Shown here in pieces: positions 8,374 through 16,138 of a stretch of 64,000 nt of DNA. The notes beneath the pieces are model-generated. The model worked only from the letters and a program-made list of their open reading frames with translations, was not told where the DNA came from and made no database searches. Origin of the DNA: an uncultured Phycisphaeraceae bacterium. Lineage in GTDB: Bacteria > Planctomycetota > Phycisphaerae > Phycisphaerales > Phycisphaeraceae. The stretch lies in contig CAZFDT010000001.1 in NCBI GenBank assembly GCA_964518335.1, positions 13,391-77,390 of the forward strand. The letters are read 5' to 3'. The translations under genes were made by a program, and so were the position numbers. Position 1 is the stretch's first letter. Every line of letters starts with the position of its first letter.

Positions 8374-10293
8374 CTACCAGGCTTCGGCGGCATCGATCGC
8401 AAATCCGTGACGCAGGTACTCTTCGGCCTGCTCGATCAACAGACCTTCACGCCAATGCGTGACGTGGTGGGTGCCCAGGACCTTCCACATGTCGCGGATG
8501 AACGGCCTTGTGCGCTCACGCACCTGTGGCTCTATCGCGCCGCGAGCAATGCCGATCCGTTCGAGCCAGTCTGCCGTCGACTCACCGGGCTGCCTCGGCG
8601 ACATGTGTCGCGGGTCCACTGCAACCCAGGCATCTTCAATGGCGGCGCGGTGGGTCCAGAGCTTGAATAGATCGAGGCGGCGTCGGATCCCATCGTTGTC
8701 CGCCAGCGCGTTGGCCTGCTCATAGACCGCCAGACCCGCCTGCACCATCGCATCATCGATGCCAAAGTCGGCCGCTCGGCCGTAGCAGTGCCGGTCTTTG
8801 TCCAGCGTGCGGGCGTGAGTCGATATTCGATCAAGATAATGTCGTAGGGGCACTCCGGCCCGCCCATAGTGAAGTGTCAGGAACTCATCGAGTAATTCGT
8901 CGCCGTTCAGTGATGGGTTCCAGAGTAATCGGCTGACGACGTAGTTCGTCTCGTCGCCGAACGCACCGCCGGGCGATTGGCGATTTCCCTGCACAAAGAA
9001 CTGGCTCACTCCGCTGTCCACGTAATGACGGATGTTGTCATCAAGAATGCTCAGCGATGGGCCGGGCAGAAGGAATTCCCAGAAGTTGGTGGCATAGGTC
9101 CAGACACTGATGTGGGCTGCACGCTCACGCCAAAGTCGCATGTATTGCACAAACTCGACATTGCGGGTACTGGTCGGATCGGTGAGTGGCCGGGTGACAC
9201 TGCACTCGATACTGCAAAGCTGAATCCGCACGTTATCCCGAGCGCGCAGGGTCTTGGGAGGCTTGCTCGAGTACTTGTAGGCGAGTGTTCCGATCACCGC
9301 GTCAGGAAATTCCTGTGCCACAGCTTCGGCAACCTGATTCACGCCGGTGAGCAGCGCGCCCATGTGCGATTCCTCGCGTGCATCAATGGCGGCACAGCTA
9401 TCGCAGCGACAGTAGTGCTCATTGTCGCCTTGCCCGAGTTGGATCAGACGTAAGGCTGGTGTGTCGCGCAGCTTCTGCAAGACGCGCTGCCTCAGAATAC
9501 GGATCACGTCGGGGTTGGTCATACACAGTTGGGTGCCGTCGCCGTAGGCATCTCCGCCTCTGTGTGCGTGAACCGTGCTGGCCCTGCGTTGACCCTCGAC
9601 AAGCGCGAAGTACTCGGGGTGGGTTTTCCCGAACTCCTTGGTGTTGATCCAGTGATGGAGCGAGTGGTTGATGAGTTGGTGCCGGCTGATGTCGCCGAGT
9701 TCGGGCCGGCCATTGGCCACGGCGTTGCAGCGCATGCGAGCGGCAAAGTCGGGATGCTCGTTGGTCGCGTGCCAGTAGCTCCACCGGAAGACAATCGGCG
9801 GATCGTAGGTACGGTCCACTGCAGCGACGGGTCGGCTGTCGCCGACGGGTGGGACGTGGTTGTGGTCGGGCGTGAGAAAGCGCACGCCCAGGTAGTCTTC
9901 GAGGAACGTGTACACGCCGTAGAGCGTGCCGCGCGGTCGCCCGCCGGCGATGGCGATGTTGTTGGGCGTGACGATGATGCGCAGCGCCTCTTCGCCCATG
10001 CTGCTGGTGTCGAACCCGACATTCGACGCCCGCATGGCCGCGCCGGAACCGACGAAGATGTGACGATCAGCCCGATCCGTCGTCGAGACAATGGGCAGTT
10101 CGACGCCTGACGCCTGCTGATAGAACCGCTGCAACTCGCTGGCCGCGTAGCGTTCGCTCTCGATCGCGTCGTCGGCTACCACGATCGTCCACTCGCGCAG
10201 GTTCGCCAGGTCCACGCCCTGGAAAGCCGACGTCGTGGCGGCAAACAGGACCAGGACCAAGCCAACGGGCAGGAGGGTGACAAGCATATTCAT
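8374..10293 (-). CDS. DUF4838 domain protein (GH20b/GH67N-like N-terminal domain), secreted, paralog 1
   Basis: 639 aa with signal peptide MNMLVTLLPVGLVLVLFAATTSA. The N-terminal domain reads ...IVVADDAIESERYAASELQRFYQQASGVELPIV...GGRPRGTLYGVYTFLEDYLGVRF. It has the Cys cluster YCRCDSCAAID. The family name is from memory of DUF4838 architecture. Confidence 0.75.
   Translation of the reverse strand: MNMLVTLLPVGLVLVLFAATTSAFQGVDLANLREWTIVVADDAIESERYAASELQRFYQQASGVELPIVSTTDRADRHIFVGSGAAMRASNVGFDTSSMGEEALRIIVTPNNIAIAGGRPRGTLYGVYTFLEDYLGVRFLTPDHNHVPPVGDSRPVAAVDRTYDPPIVFRWSYWHATNEHPDFAARMRCNAVANGRPELGDISRHQLINHSLHHWINTKEFGKTHPEYFALVEGQRRASTVHAHRGGDAYGDGTQLCMTNPDVIRILRQRVLQKLRDTPALRLIQLGQGDNEHYCRCDSCAAIDAREESHMGALLTGVNQVAEAVAQEFPDAVIGTLAYKYSSKPPKTLRARDNVRIQLCSIECSVTRPLTDPTSTRNVEFVQYMRLWRERAAHISVWTYATNFWEFLLPGPSLSILDDNIRHYVDSGVSQFFVQGNRQSPGGAFGDETNYVVSRLLWNPSLNGDELLDEFLTLHYGRAGVPLRHYLDRISTHARTLDKDRHCYGRAADFGIDDAMVQAGLAVYEQANALADNDGIRRRLDLFKLWTHRAAIEDAWVAVDPRHMSPRQPGESTADWLERIGIARGAIEPQVRERTRPFIRDMWKVLGTHHVTHWREGLLIEQAEEYLRHGFAIDAAEAW
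9581..10203. repeat. 623-bp block 100% identical to 11537-12159 (copy A)
   Basis: I compared the two copies base by base at a constant offset of 1956 nt and found no mismatches. The first mismatches are at 9580/11536 and 10204/12160. Translations are identical in more than one frame of the ORF track. Confidence 0.95.
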
Positions 10294-10341
10294 GACGAAA
10301 GATCCAATCGCCGACGATCTATGGGCGGCGCAGCAGCGCGA

Positions 10342-12249
10342 TCACCAGGCTTCGCCTTCGGCCAACCCAAATCCGTGGCGGAGTGCCGCTTCCGCCACGC
10401 TGACCGGCATGTTCTCACGCCAGTGTGTGACGTTGTACTGACCAATGAGTGCGAAAACATCGCGAACATATGGCTGCGTGCGGCGTTGTACGTCGGCATC
10501 TACACATCCAAACGGGTGTCCCAGTCGTACCAGCCATTCAGCCACGCTCTCGCTGGGCTGTCGCGGTGACTTGCCCCACGGATTGATCGGCGCCCAAGCC
10601 TCGTCAATCGCCGCGCGGTACACCCACAGTTTGAACAGATCGAGTCGCTGCCTGACTGCATCATCATCCGCAAGCGTTAGCGCCTGCTCATAGGCGTCCA
10701 GCCCTGCCTGCACCATCTTGTCATCAATACCGAAACTCTTGGCGTTACCGTTACAGTATTGGTCGAGGTTGGCGGCGGCATACCGTTCGACCCGCAGGTC
10801 GAGATAGCGACGCATCGGTGCAGCAGCGTTGCCGTAGTGCAGCGTCAGGAACTCATCGACCAAAGCCTCGCCGTCGAGCGACGGATTCCACAGCAGCCGC
10901 CCAATGACATAGTTGGTCACATCGGAGAACGCGCCGCCCGGCGACTGACGATTGCCCTGGACGAACATCTGATTCACTCCGTGGTCCACGTAGTACCGCA
11001 TGTTGGGTCCCCAGATGTGCAGCGTAGGCGCGGGCAGTAGAAAATCGTAAAAGTTCGTCGAGTATGTCCAGATACTGATGTGCGACGCCCGCTCCCGCCA
11101 CCGCCTTAGGTCCGCGGCGAACTCGGCATTGCGGGCACTGGATGTATCGGTCAGCACCTTGGTCACGCTCGCTCCAATATTGCAGACCTGAATCACAACA
11201 TTCTCGCGTGCACGCAGCGTCTTGGGCGGACGAATGGAATAGCTGTACGCCAGCGTACCGATCTTCACTTCAGGGAACTCGCGCCCGACAGCCTCGGCTA
11301 CGGCGTTCACGCCCGTGAGCAGCGATCCCATGTGCGATTCCTCGCGCTCGTCGATGGCGGCGCAGGTATCGCAGCGGCAGTAGTACACATTGTCACCCTG
11401 CCCGAGCTGAATGACGGCAGTGTCGGGCTGGGCACCCAGCTTGGCAAGCACGCGCTCGGTGATGATACGGATCACGTCGGGGTGCGTCATGCACGGCTGG
11501 GTGCCGTAATAGTGCGAATCACCACCGTTGACATCAGCCCTGCGTTGACCCTCGACAAGCGCGAAGTACTCGGGGTGGGTTTTCCCGAACTCCTTGGTGT
11601 TGATCCAGTGATGGAGCGAGTGGTTGATGAGTTGGTGCCGGCTGATGTCGCCGAGTTCGGGCCGGCCATTGGCCACGGCGTTGCAGCGCATGCGAGCGGC
11701 AAAGTCGGGATGCTCGTTGGTCGCGTGCCAGTAGCTCCACCGGAAGACAATCGGCGGATCGTAGGTACGGTCCACTGCAGCGACGGGTCGGCTGTCGCCG
11801 ACGGGTGGGACGTGGTTGTGGTCGGGCGTGAGAAAGCGCACGCCCAGGTAGTCTTCGAGGAACGTGTACACGCCGTAGAGCGTGCCGCGCGGTCGCCCGC
11901 CGGCGATGGCGATGTTGTTGGGCGTGACGATGATGCGCAGCGCCTCTTCGCCCATGCTGCTGGTGTCGAACCCGACATTCGACGCCCGCATGGCCGCGCC
12001 GGAACCGACGAAGATGTGACGATCAGCCCGATCCGTCGTCGAGACAATGGGCAGTTCGACGCCTGACGCCTGCTGATAGAACCGCTGCAACTCGCTGGCC
12101 GCGTAGCGTTCGCTCTCGATCGCGTCGTCGGCTACCACGATCGTCCACTCGCGCAGGTTTGCCAGGTCCACGCCGTCGAACGCCATGGCGGCGGCGGCTG
12201 TCGCCATGGCGGTCAGACAGACGAACAGTGGGTACGTCGCGGCAGTCAT
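10342..12249 (-). CDS. DUF4838 domain protein, secreted, paralog 2
   Basis: I chose ATG at 12247-12249 as the start (MTAATYPLFVCLTAMATAAAAMA, signal-like) rather than the upstream TTG at 12345. About 208 aa are identical to paralog 1. The rest is clearly diverged (for example YCRCDTCAAID versus YCRCDSCAAID). Confidence 0.75.
   Translation of the reverse strand: MTAATYPLFVCLTAMATAAAAMAFDGVDLANLREWTIVVADDAIESERYAASELQRFYQQASGVELPIVSTTDRADRHIFVGSGAAMRASNVGFDTSSMGEEALRIIVTPNNIAIAGGRPRGTLYGVYTFLEDYLGVRFLTPDHNHVPPVGDSRPVAAVDRTYDPPIVFRWSYWHATNEHPDFAARMRCNAVANGRPELGDISRHQLINHSLHHWINTKEFGKTHPEYFALVEGQRRADVNGGDSHYYGTQPCMTHPDVIRIITERVLAKLGAQPDTAVIQLGQGDNVYYCRCDTCAAIDEREESHMGSLLTGVNAVAEAVGREFPEVKIGTLAYSYSIRPPKTLRARENVVIQVCNIGASVTKVLTDTSSARNAEFAADLRRWRERASHISIWTYSTNFYDFLLPAPTLHIWGPNMRYYVDHGVNQMFVQGNRQSPGGAFSDVTNYVIGRLLWNPSLDGEALVDEFLTLHYGNAAAPMRRYLDLRVERYAAANLDQYCNGNAKSFGIDDKMVQAGLDAYEQALTLADDDAVRQRLDLFKLWVYRAAIDEAWAPINPWGKSPRQPSESVAEWLVRLGHPFGCVDADVQRRTQPYVRDVFALIGQYNVTHWRENMPVSVAEAALRHGFGLAEGEAW
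11537..12159. repeat. 623-bp block 100% identical to 9581-10203 (copy B)
   Basis: See copy A. Confidence 0.95.
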
Positions 12250-12436
12250 CCAATCATTCCTTGATCTCTCACGCCATGCCAAGGACTTCGGGACCAACGT
12301 GCTTGGGAAGGGAATTGTCACGACTGTCTTGCTGATCGTAGCCAAAGCATTTTAGCGATGAGGCTCATATATACGTTTAAGACACTGTAAATAATGGATT
12401 TGTGTTTATTATGCCGCACGACGTGTCGTCGTCACT

Positions 12437-12465
12437 AATTTGTTTATTCATTTGACAAATAAATT
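12437..12465. promoter_or_regulatory. Imperfect 29-bp inverted repeat in an AT-rich divergent promoter region (candidate ROK operator)
   Basis: AATTTGTTTATTCATTTGACAAATAAATT, with 10 of 14 arm positions complementary and core ATTTGACAAAT perfectly palindromic. A related direct copy ATTTGTGTTTATT lies about 35 nt upstream. The region around 12340-12480 is markedly AT-rich compared with its flanks. Confidence 0.25.
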
Positions 12466-12506
12466 ACCTCGCGATAATCTATCTGTCAATCGCCCAAGGA
12501 TCGCCT

Positions 12507-13757
12507 GTGCCACAGCTCGATCACATCCTGGAAAACGAAGCGGTCACGCTGGTCCGCATTCTGGAGCAGATCCGCCGCGAGGGGCCGATCTCGCAAGTCG
12601 AAATCGGGCGAAAGCTCGGCCTCGGCCGGGCTGCCGTCAATGTCCACACCCAAAAGCTGATCGCTCAGCGCATCGTCATTCCAACCGGCGGACAGGTGCG
12701 CGGCCGCCGCATGGGTCGCCCACAGGTGCTGCTGGATCTGGCCCGCGAAGGCAAGGCCGTGCTGGGCATCAGCCTCGATTCGCCCAACCTCTGCGGCGCG
12801 ATCATGGACTTTTCCAGCCGGATCGTCGTCGAGCACCATCTGGATGTGAGCGACGTCACCTCCCACGAGGTGCTTGCGGAACGGATCGAAGCCCTCGTGA
12901 AGCAGCTCATGGCGGCCGCAAAAGACCAGTCGCTCGAGATCTACAGCGTCTGCTTCAGTGTGCCCGGCGTGCTGGAGGTGGGCACGGGGCGGATCCTCAA
13001 TTACGTGAACATGCCCGCGGCCAACGGGCTCGACGCCAAGCGTGTGCTCGAAGGCATGCTGGGCGTGCCGGTGTACATCGTCTCGCTCGGCGCCGCGATC
13101 TACTGGGGCGGCCTCGAATCCGACCAGGCCGACCAGCACATCTTCCACGTCATCTGGGACCTGGGCGTGGGCGTCATGTTCGGCCGAGGCTACGAGATCG
13201 GGTTCAAGGAATATGGGCACACGCCCGGTATGGTCAGCCACAACCTGCGCGACGTCGGCCATACCACGCTCTGGCCGGGAGGCCGACGCTGTTACTGCGG
13301 CCAGCGCGGCTGCCTCGAAGCCTACCTGGGCGGCCGCGCCCTCAACGATCGCTGGAATCAGCAACACCGCGACGCGCCGCTGTCGTTCACGCAGTTGCTC
13401 AAGCGGGCTGGCAGCAACAAGCGCGACGAACTCAACCTAATCGCACGCAACGCTCGACGGCTGGGCCAAACGCTCGGTTGGATCTTCGCCGTGCATCAGC
13501 CGCGCCACATCAAGCTCAGCGGCCAGATTCCGGATGCCGTGCCTGTCGCGCGCGATGCGTTCTGGGACGGCGTGTGCCGACGCATGGGCGGCGTACCCGG
13601 TGATATCAGCTATGACTACGTCGGCCAGACCCGCTCCGTCGAATTGCTGGGCAGTTGTCGCCTCGCGCTGCACGTGCGCTTCAACAAGCCGCTGCTCGAC
13701 GTCGTCAGCCAGGAAGGCTCGATCAACAACAGTTCATCCACCATCGTGGTGGGATGA
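12507..13757 (+). CDS. ROK family transcriptional regulator
   Basis: N-terminal winged-HTH (ILEQIRREGPISQVEIGRKLGLGRAAVNVHTQKLI) plus the ROK zinc motif CYCGQRGCLEAY. GTG start. Transcribed divergently from the DUF4838 pair. Confidence 0.85.
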   Translation: MPQLDHILENEAVTLVRILEQIRREGPISQVEIGRKLGLGRAAVNVHTQKLIAQRIVIPTGGQVRGRRMGRPQVLLDLAREGKAVLGISLDSPNLCGAIMDFSSRIVVEHHLDVSDVTSHEVLAERIEALVKQLMAAAKDQSLEIYSVCFSVPGVLEVGTGRILNYVNMPAANGLDAKRVLEGMLGVPVYIVSLGAAIYWGGLESDQADQHIFHVIWDLGVGVMFGRGYEIGFKEYGHTPGMVSHNLRDVGHTTLWPGGRRCYCGQRGCLEAYLGGRALNDRWNQQHRDAPLSFTQLLKRAGSNKRDELNLIARNARRLGQTLGWIFAVHQPRHIKLSGQIPDAVPVARDAFWDGVCRRMGGVPGDISYDYVGQTRSVELLGSCRLALHVRFNKPLLDVVSQEGSINNSSSTIVVG

Positions 13758-13766
13758 CGAATCGCT

Positions 13767-13790
13767 GCGATGGGTCGTGTGACCCATCGC
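13767..13790 (+). terminator. GC-rich hairpin 10 nt after the ROK stop (10-bp perfect stem, GTGT loop)
   Basis: GCGATGGGTC-GTGT-GACCCATCGC. No U-tract follows. Confidence 0.45.
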
Positions 13791-13825
13791 GAATGCAGGA
13801 TACTCATCTGATAGGAGTGAGGGTC

Positions 13826-14500
13826 ATGAACGCACGTCTCGGAATGTTACTGTCAGTTGTCGTCGCCTTGGGGGCGAGCTCCGCACACGCGGCTGTGTTG
13901 CTTGATTTTAACGGCTGGTCGGGGTCATCAGGTCCCACTCAATCCGGCTGGGACGGGTACACGCTAGGTGGATCTGGGGTGTACAGCGAATACACCGTCG
14001 CCGTGACCGCGATACCCACCTCCGTGCTTCAAGGCCGCGACCGAGGTGCCAACAATCCGCCCAACGGCGGGAGCTTCACGCTCTCCGACATGTATCGGGA
14101 CTTCCTGTACGTGGATTCGGGTAACGGCGTGAATATTGTGATTTCCGGGCTGACTGCGAACGCCCAATACAGCGGGCGCATCTGGTCTTATGACTATGCA
14201 CAACGCGCCACGGCGGCGTCCACATTCGCCACAGACTGGTCCGTGAACAGTGTGTTGGTCGCGGATAACTACAGCTTCGCCGGATGGGGTTTGCCCACGA
14301 CTGATACTATCGCGTCATTCGCCTTCTCAACCACCGCAAACGGTGCAGGACAGATCACGATCCAGGGCCTTCGGGTGACAGGCAACGGCGTTGGTATCAA
14401 CGGCCTGCAACTTGACCTGGTTCCCGAACCAGCCAGCGCAATGCTCGCCTCGCTGGGCGGGGTGTGCATGCTCGCGCGTCGTCGTCGCATGGCGTGCTGA
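13826..14500 (+). CDS. Small secreted PEP-CTERM protein (lectin-like beta-sandwich?)
   Basis: ATG 13826 preceded by AGGAG. Signal peptide MNARLGMLLSVVVALGASSAHA. C-terminal VPEPASAMLASLGGVCMLARRRR is the PEP motif plus a TM helix plus a basic tail. Confidence 0.75.
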   Translation: MNARLGMLLSVVVALGASSAHAAVLLDFNGWSGSSGPTQSGWDGYTLGGSGVYSEYTVAVTAIPTSVLQGRDRGANNPPNGGSFTLSDMYRDFLYVDSGNGVNIVISGLTANAQYSGRIWSYDYAQRATAASTFATDWSVNSVLVADNYSFAGWGLPTTDTIASFAFSTTANGAGQITIQGLRVTGNGVGINGLQLDLVPEPASAMLASLGGVCMLARRRRMAC

Positions 14501-14519
14501 TCCGCGACAAATCGCTCTT

Positions 14520-14558
14520 CCCGCATGGACGGTCGGCTTAACCGGCCGTCCGTGCGGG
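14520..14558 (+). terminator. Strong hairpin 20 nt after the PEP-CTERM gene stop (17-bp stem with two G-U pairs, 5-nt loop)
   Basis: CCCGCATGGACGGTCGG-CTTAA-CCGGCCGTCCGTGCGGG. No U-tract. Confidence 0.5.
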
Positions 14559-14611
14559 CAAGCATGCTGCCCGTACTCTGAGGTATTCGCCTTCGCTTGC
14601 GTACGCCATCC

Positions 14612-16138
14612 ATGAAGCTCCATGGCGATCCATCGGCGACCGGCTCGTTACGCTTGCCCCGCACCGCCGTGCGGGATCGGTTCTCCCTGAAAAGTCCACT
14701 GGCGGCAGCCATGTGCCACACCATCGCCAATCTGGACGGGCCGGGATGCATCGATCATCTGTGGTGTACGCTCCATCATCCCCACAAGACGGCGATGATC
14801 AACCGCAAGCTGATCCTTCGGATCTACTTTGACGGCAGCGACGTGCCGCATGTCGAAGCGCCGCTGGGCGACTTCTTTGGCGTGATGCACGGCGTCGGCG
14901 CGTACGACATCAACACGCCACACCTGTCGGTGAAGCAGTACAGCGGCTACAACTGCTACTTCTCGATGCCGTTTGCGCAATCCGCGCGGATCGAGGTGGA
15001 GACCGGCGAGGAAGCCAACCACATTTACTTGCAGGCCGACTGGCGACGGTTCGTCGATGAGCCACTGGACGAGCCGCGACGATTCTGCGCCCGCTGGCGC
15101 AAAGAGAATCCGACCCGGCGCTATGGCAGCGACTATCTCATGCTCGATGCCGACGGCCCCGGCGACCTCGTGGGCTTTGTCTATGGCGTCCGTCTGATCG
15201 ACAACGAAGATCGCTGGAGCCACGGCGGCGCGGACAACATCTACATCGACGGCCAAGGCAAACATCCCGCCTACCTCCGCGGCATCGGCGGCGAAGATAC
15301 GTTCGGCACCAGCTACGGCGGCGCTCATCATCCGCCGGAGACACACCTGTGGGCAGGCATCCCCTATTACGAACACGAAGACATCGGCGAGCCGCGCCGC
15401 GTGCAACGCCTCGTCGGCTATCGCTTCTTCGACCGTGATCCGATCCACTTCGACGAGTCAATCCACGTTCGCTTTGGTTGCATGCAGAACAACATCTGCT
15501 CCACGGTCTATTGGTATCAACACGGTTCACCCCGTCAGTTCGTGAAGCTGCCGAGCTTTGCAGGCCTCATGCCCGACGCCCCTGTCGCGGCGGATGAGGT
15601 GGCCGTGGCTCTACCCGACGCTGGCCGGTGGCACGTGTATGGGCCGCTGGACAACGAAGACGGCCAGGTTCTCGCTGCAGCGAAAAATGGCATCACGGCT
15701 GTCATAGGCCGTCCGTCCGATACCGCCATCGTCTGCCACGCCCACCACGGCTTTGTCGATTTCAATCACGTCGATCGCCCGCGTTGCCTGGGAGTGGGCA
15801 CCTTTCACGAAGCCAAAGCGGCCGTGGCCCGCGCGACCCTTGTCGCGCCGCACGCCATGGCGGCGACGGTTCGATTCTCCTATGACGATCACCTGCTGTA
15901 CCAGGTGAACGACGAGCCTGTGGTGGACATGGGCAATCAAACCATGTTTCGCACGCGCACGGTGCAGGCCACATTGCGTGCAGGCGCGAACGACCTGGCG
16001 GTGCTGCTGACCAACGCACGCAGCAGCAACCACGGCGGATGGGCGTGGGCTTTCAGCGCCATCGCGCCCGACGGCACGCACCTATCACCCATGGCACCGA
16101 TTCAGCCTCACGCGGGGCAAGGAGTTCATCACTCGTGA
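14612..16138 (+). CDS. DUF2961 family protein (family now classified as GH172)
   Basis: Contains NLDGPGCIDHLWCT and RGIGGEDTFGTSYGG, characteristic of DUF2961. ATG at 14612 (TTG 14597 is an alternative start). Confidence 0.8.
   Translation: MKLHGDPSATGSLRLPRTAVRDRFSLKSPLAAAMCHTIANLDGPGCIDHLWCTLHHPHKTAMINRKLILRIYFDGSDVPHVEAPLGDFFGVMHGVGAYDINTPHLSVKQYSGYNCYFSMPFAQSARIEVETGEEANHIYLQADWRRFVDEPLDEPRRFCARWRKENPTRRYGSDYLMLDADGPGDLVGFVYGVRLIDNEDRWSHGGADNIYIDGQGKHPAYLRGIGGEDTFGTSYGGAHHPPETHLWAGIPYYEHEDIGEPRRVQRLVGYRFFDRDPIHFDESIHVRFGCMQNNICSTVYWYQHGSPRQFVKLPSFAGLMPDAPVAADEVAVALPDAGRWHVYGPLDNEDGQVLAAAKNGITAVIGRPSDTAIVCHAHHGFVDFNHVDRPRCLGVGTFHEAKAAVARATLVAPHAMAATVRFSYDDHLLYQVNDEPVVDMGNQTMFRTRTVQATLRAGANDLAVLLTNARSSNHGGWAWAFSAIAPDGTHLSPMAPIQPHAGQGVHHS

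Noticed and set aside
12440-13603. 387-aa plus-strand ORF and 293-aa minus-strand ORF overlapping the ROK gene
   Set aside because: They are out of frame with or antisense to the ROK regulator, which has an HTH and the CxCGxxGCxE zinc motif. The products are Arg/Pro/Gly-rich.
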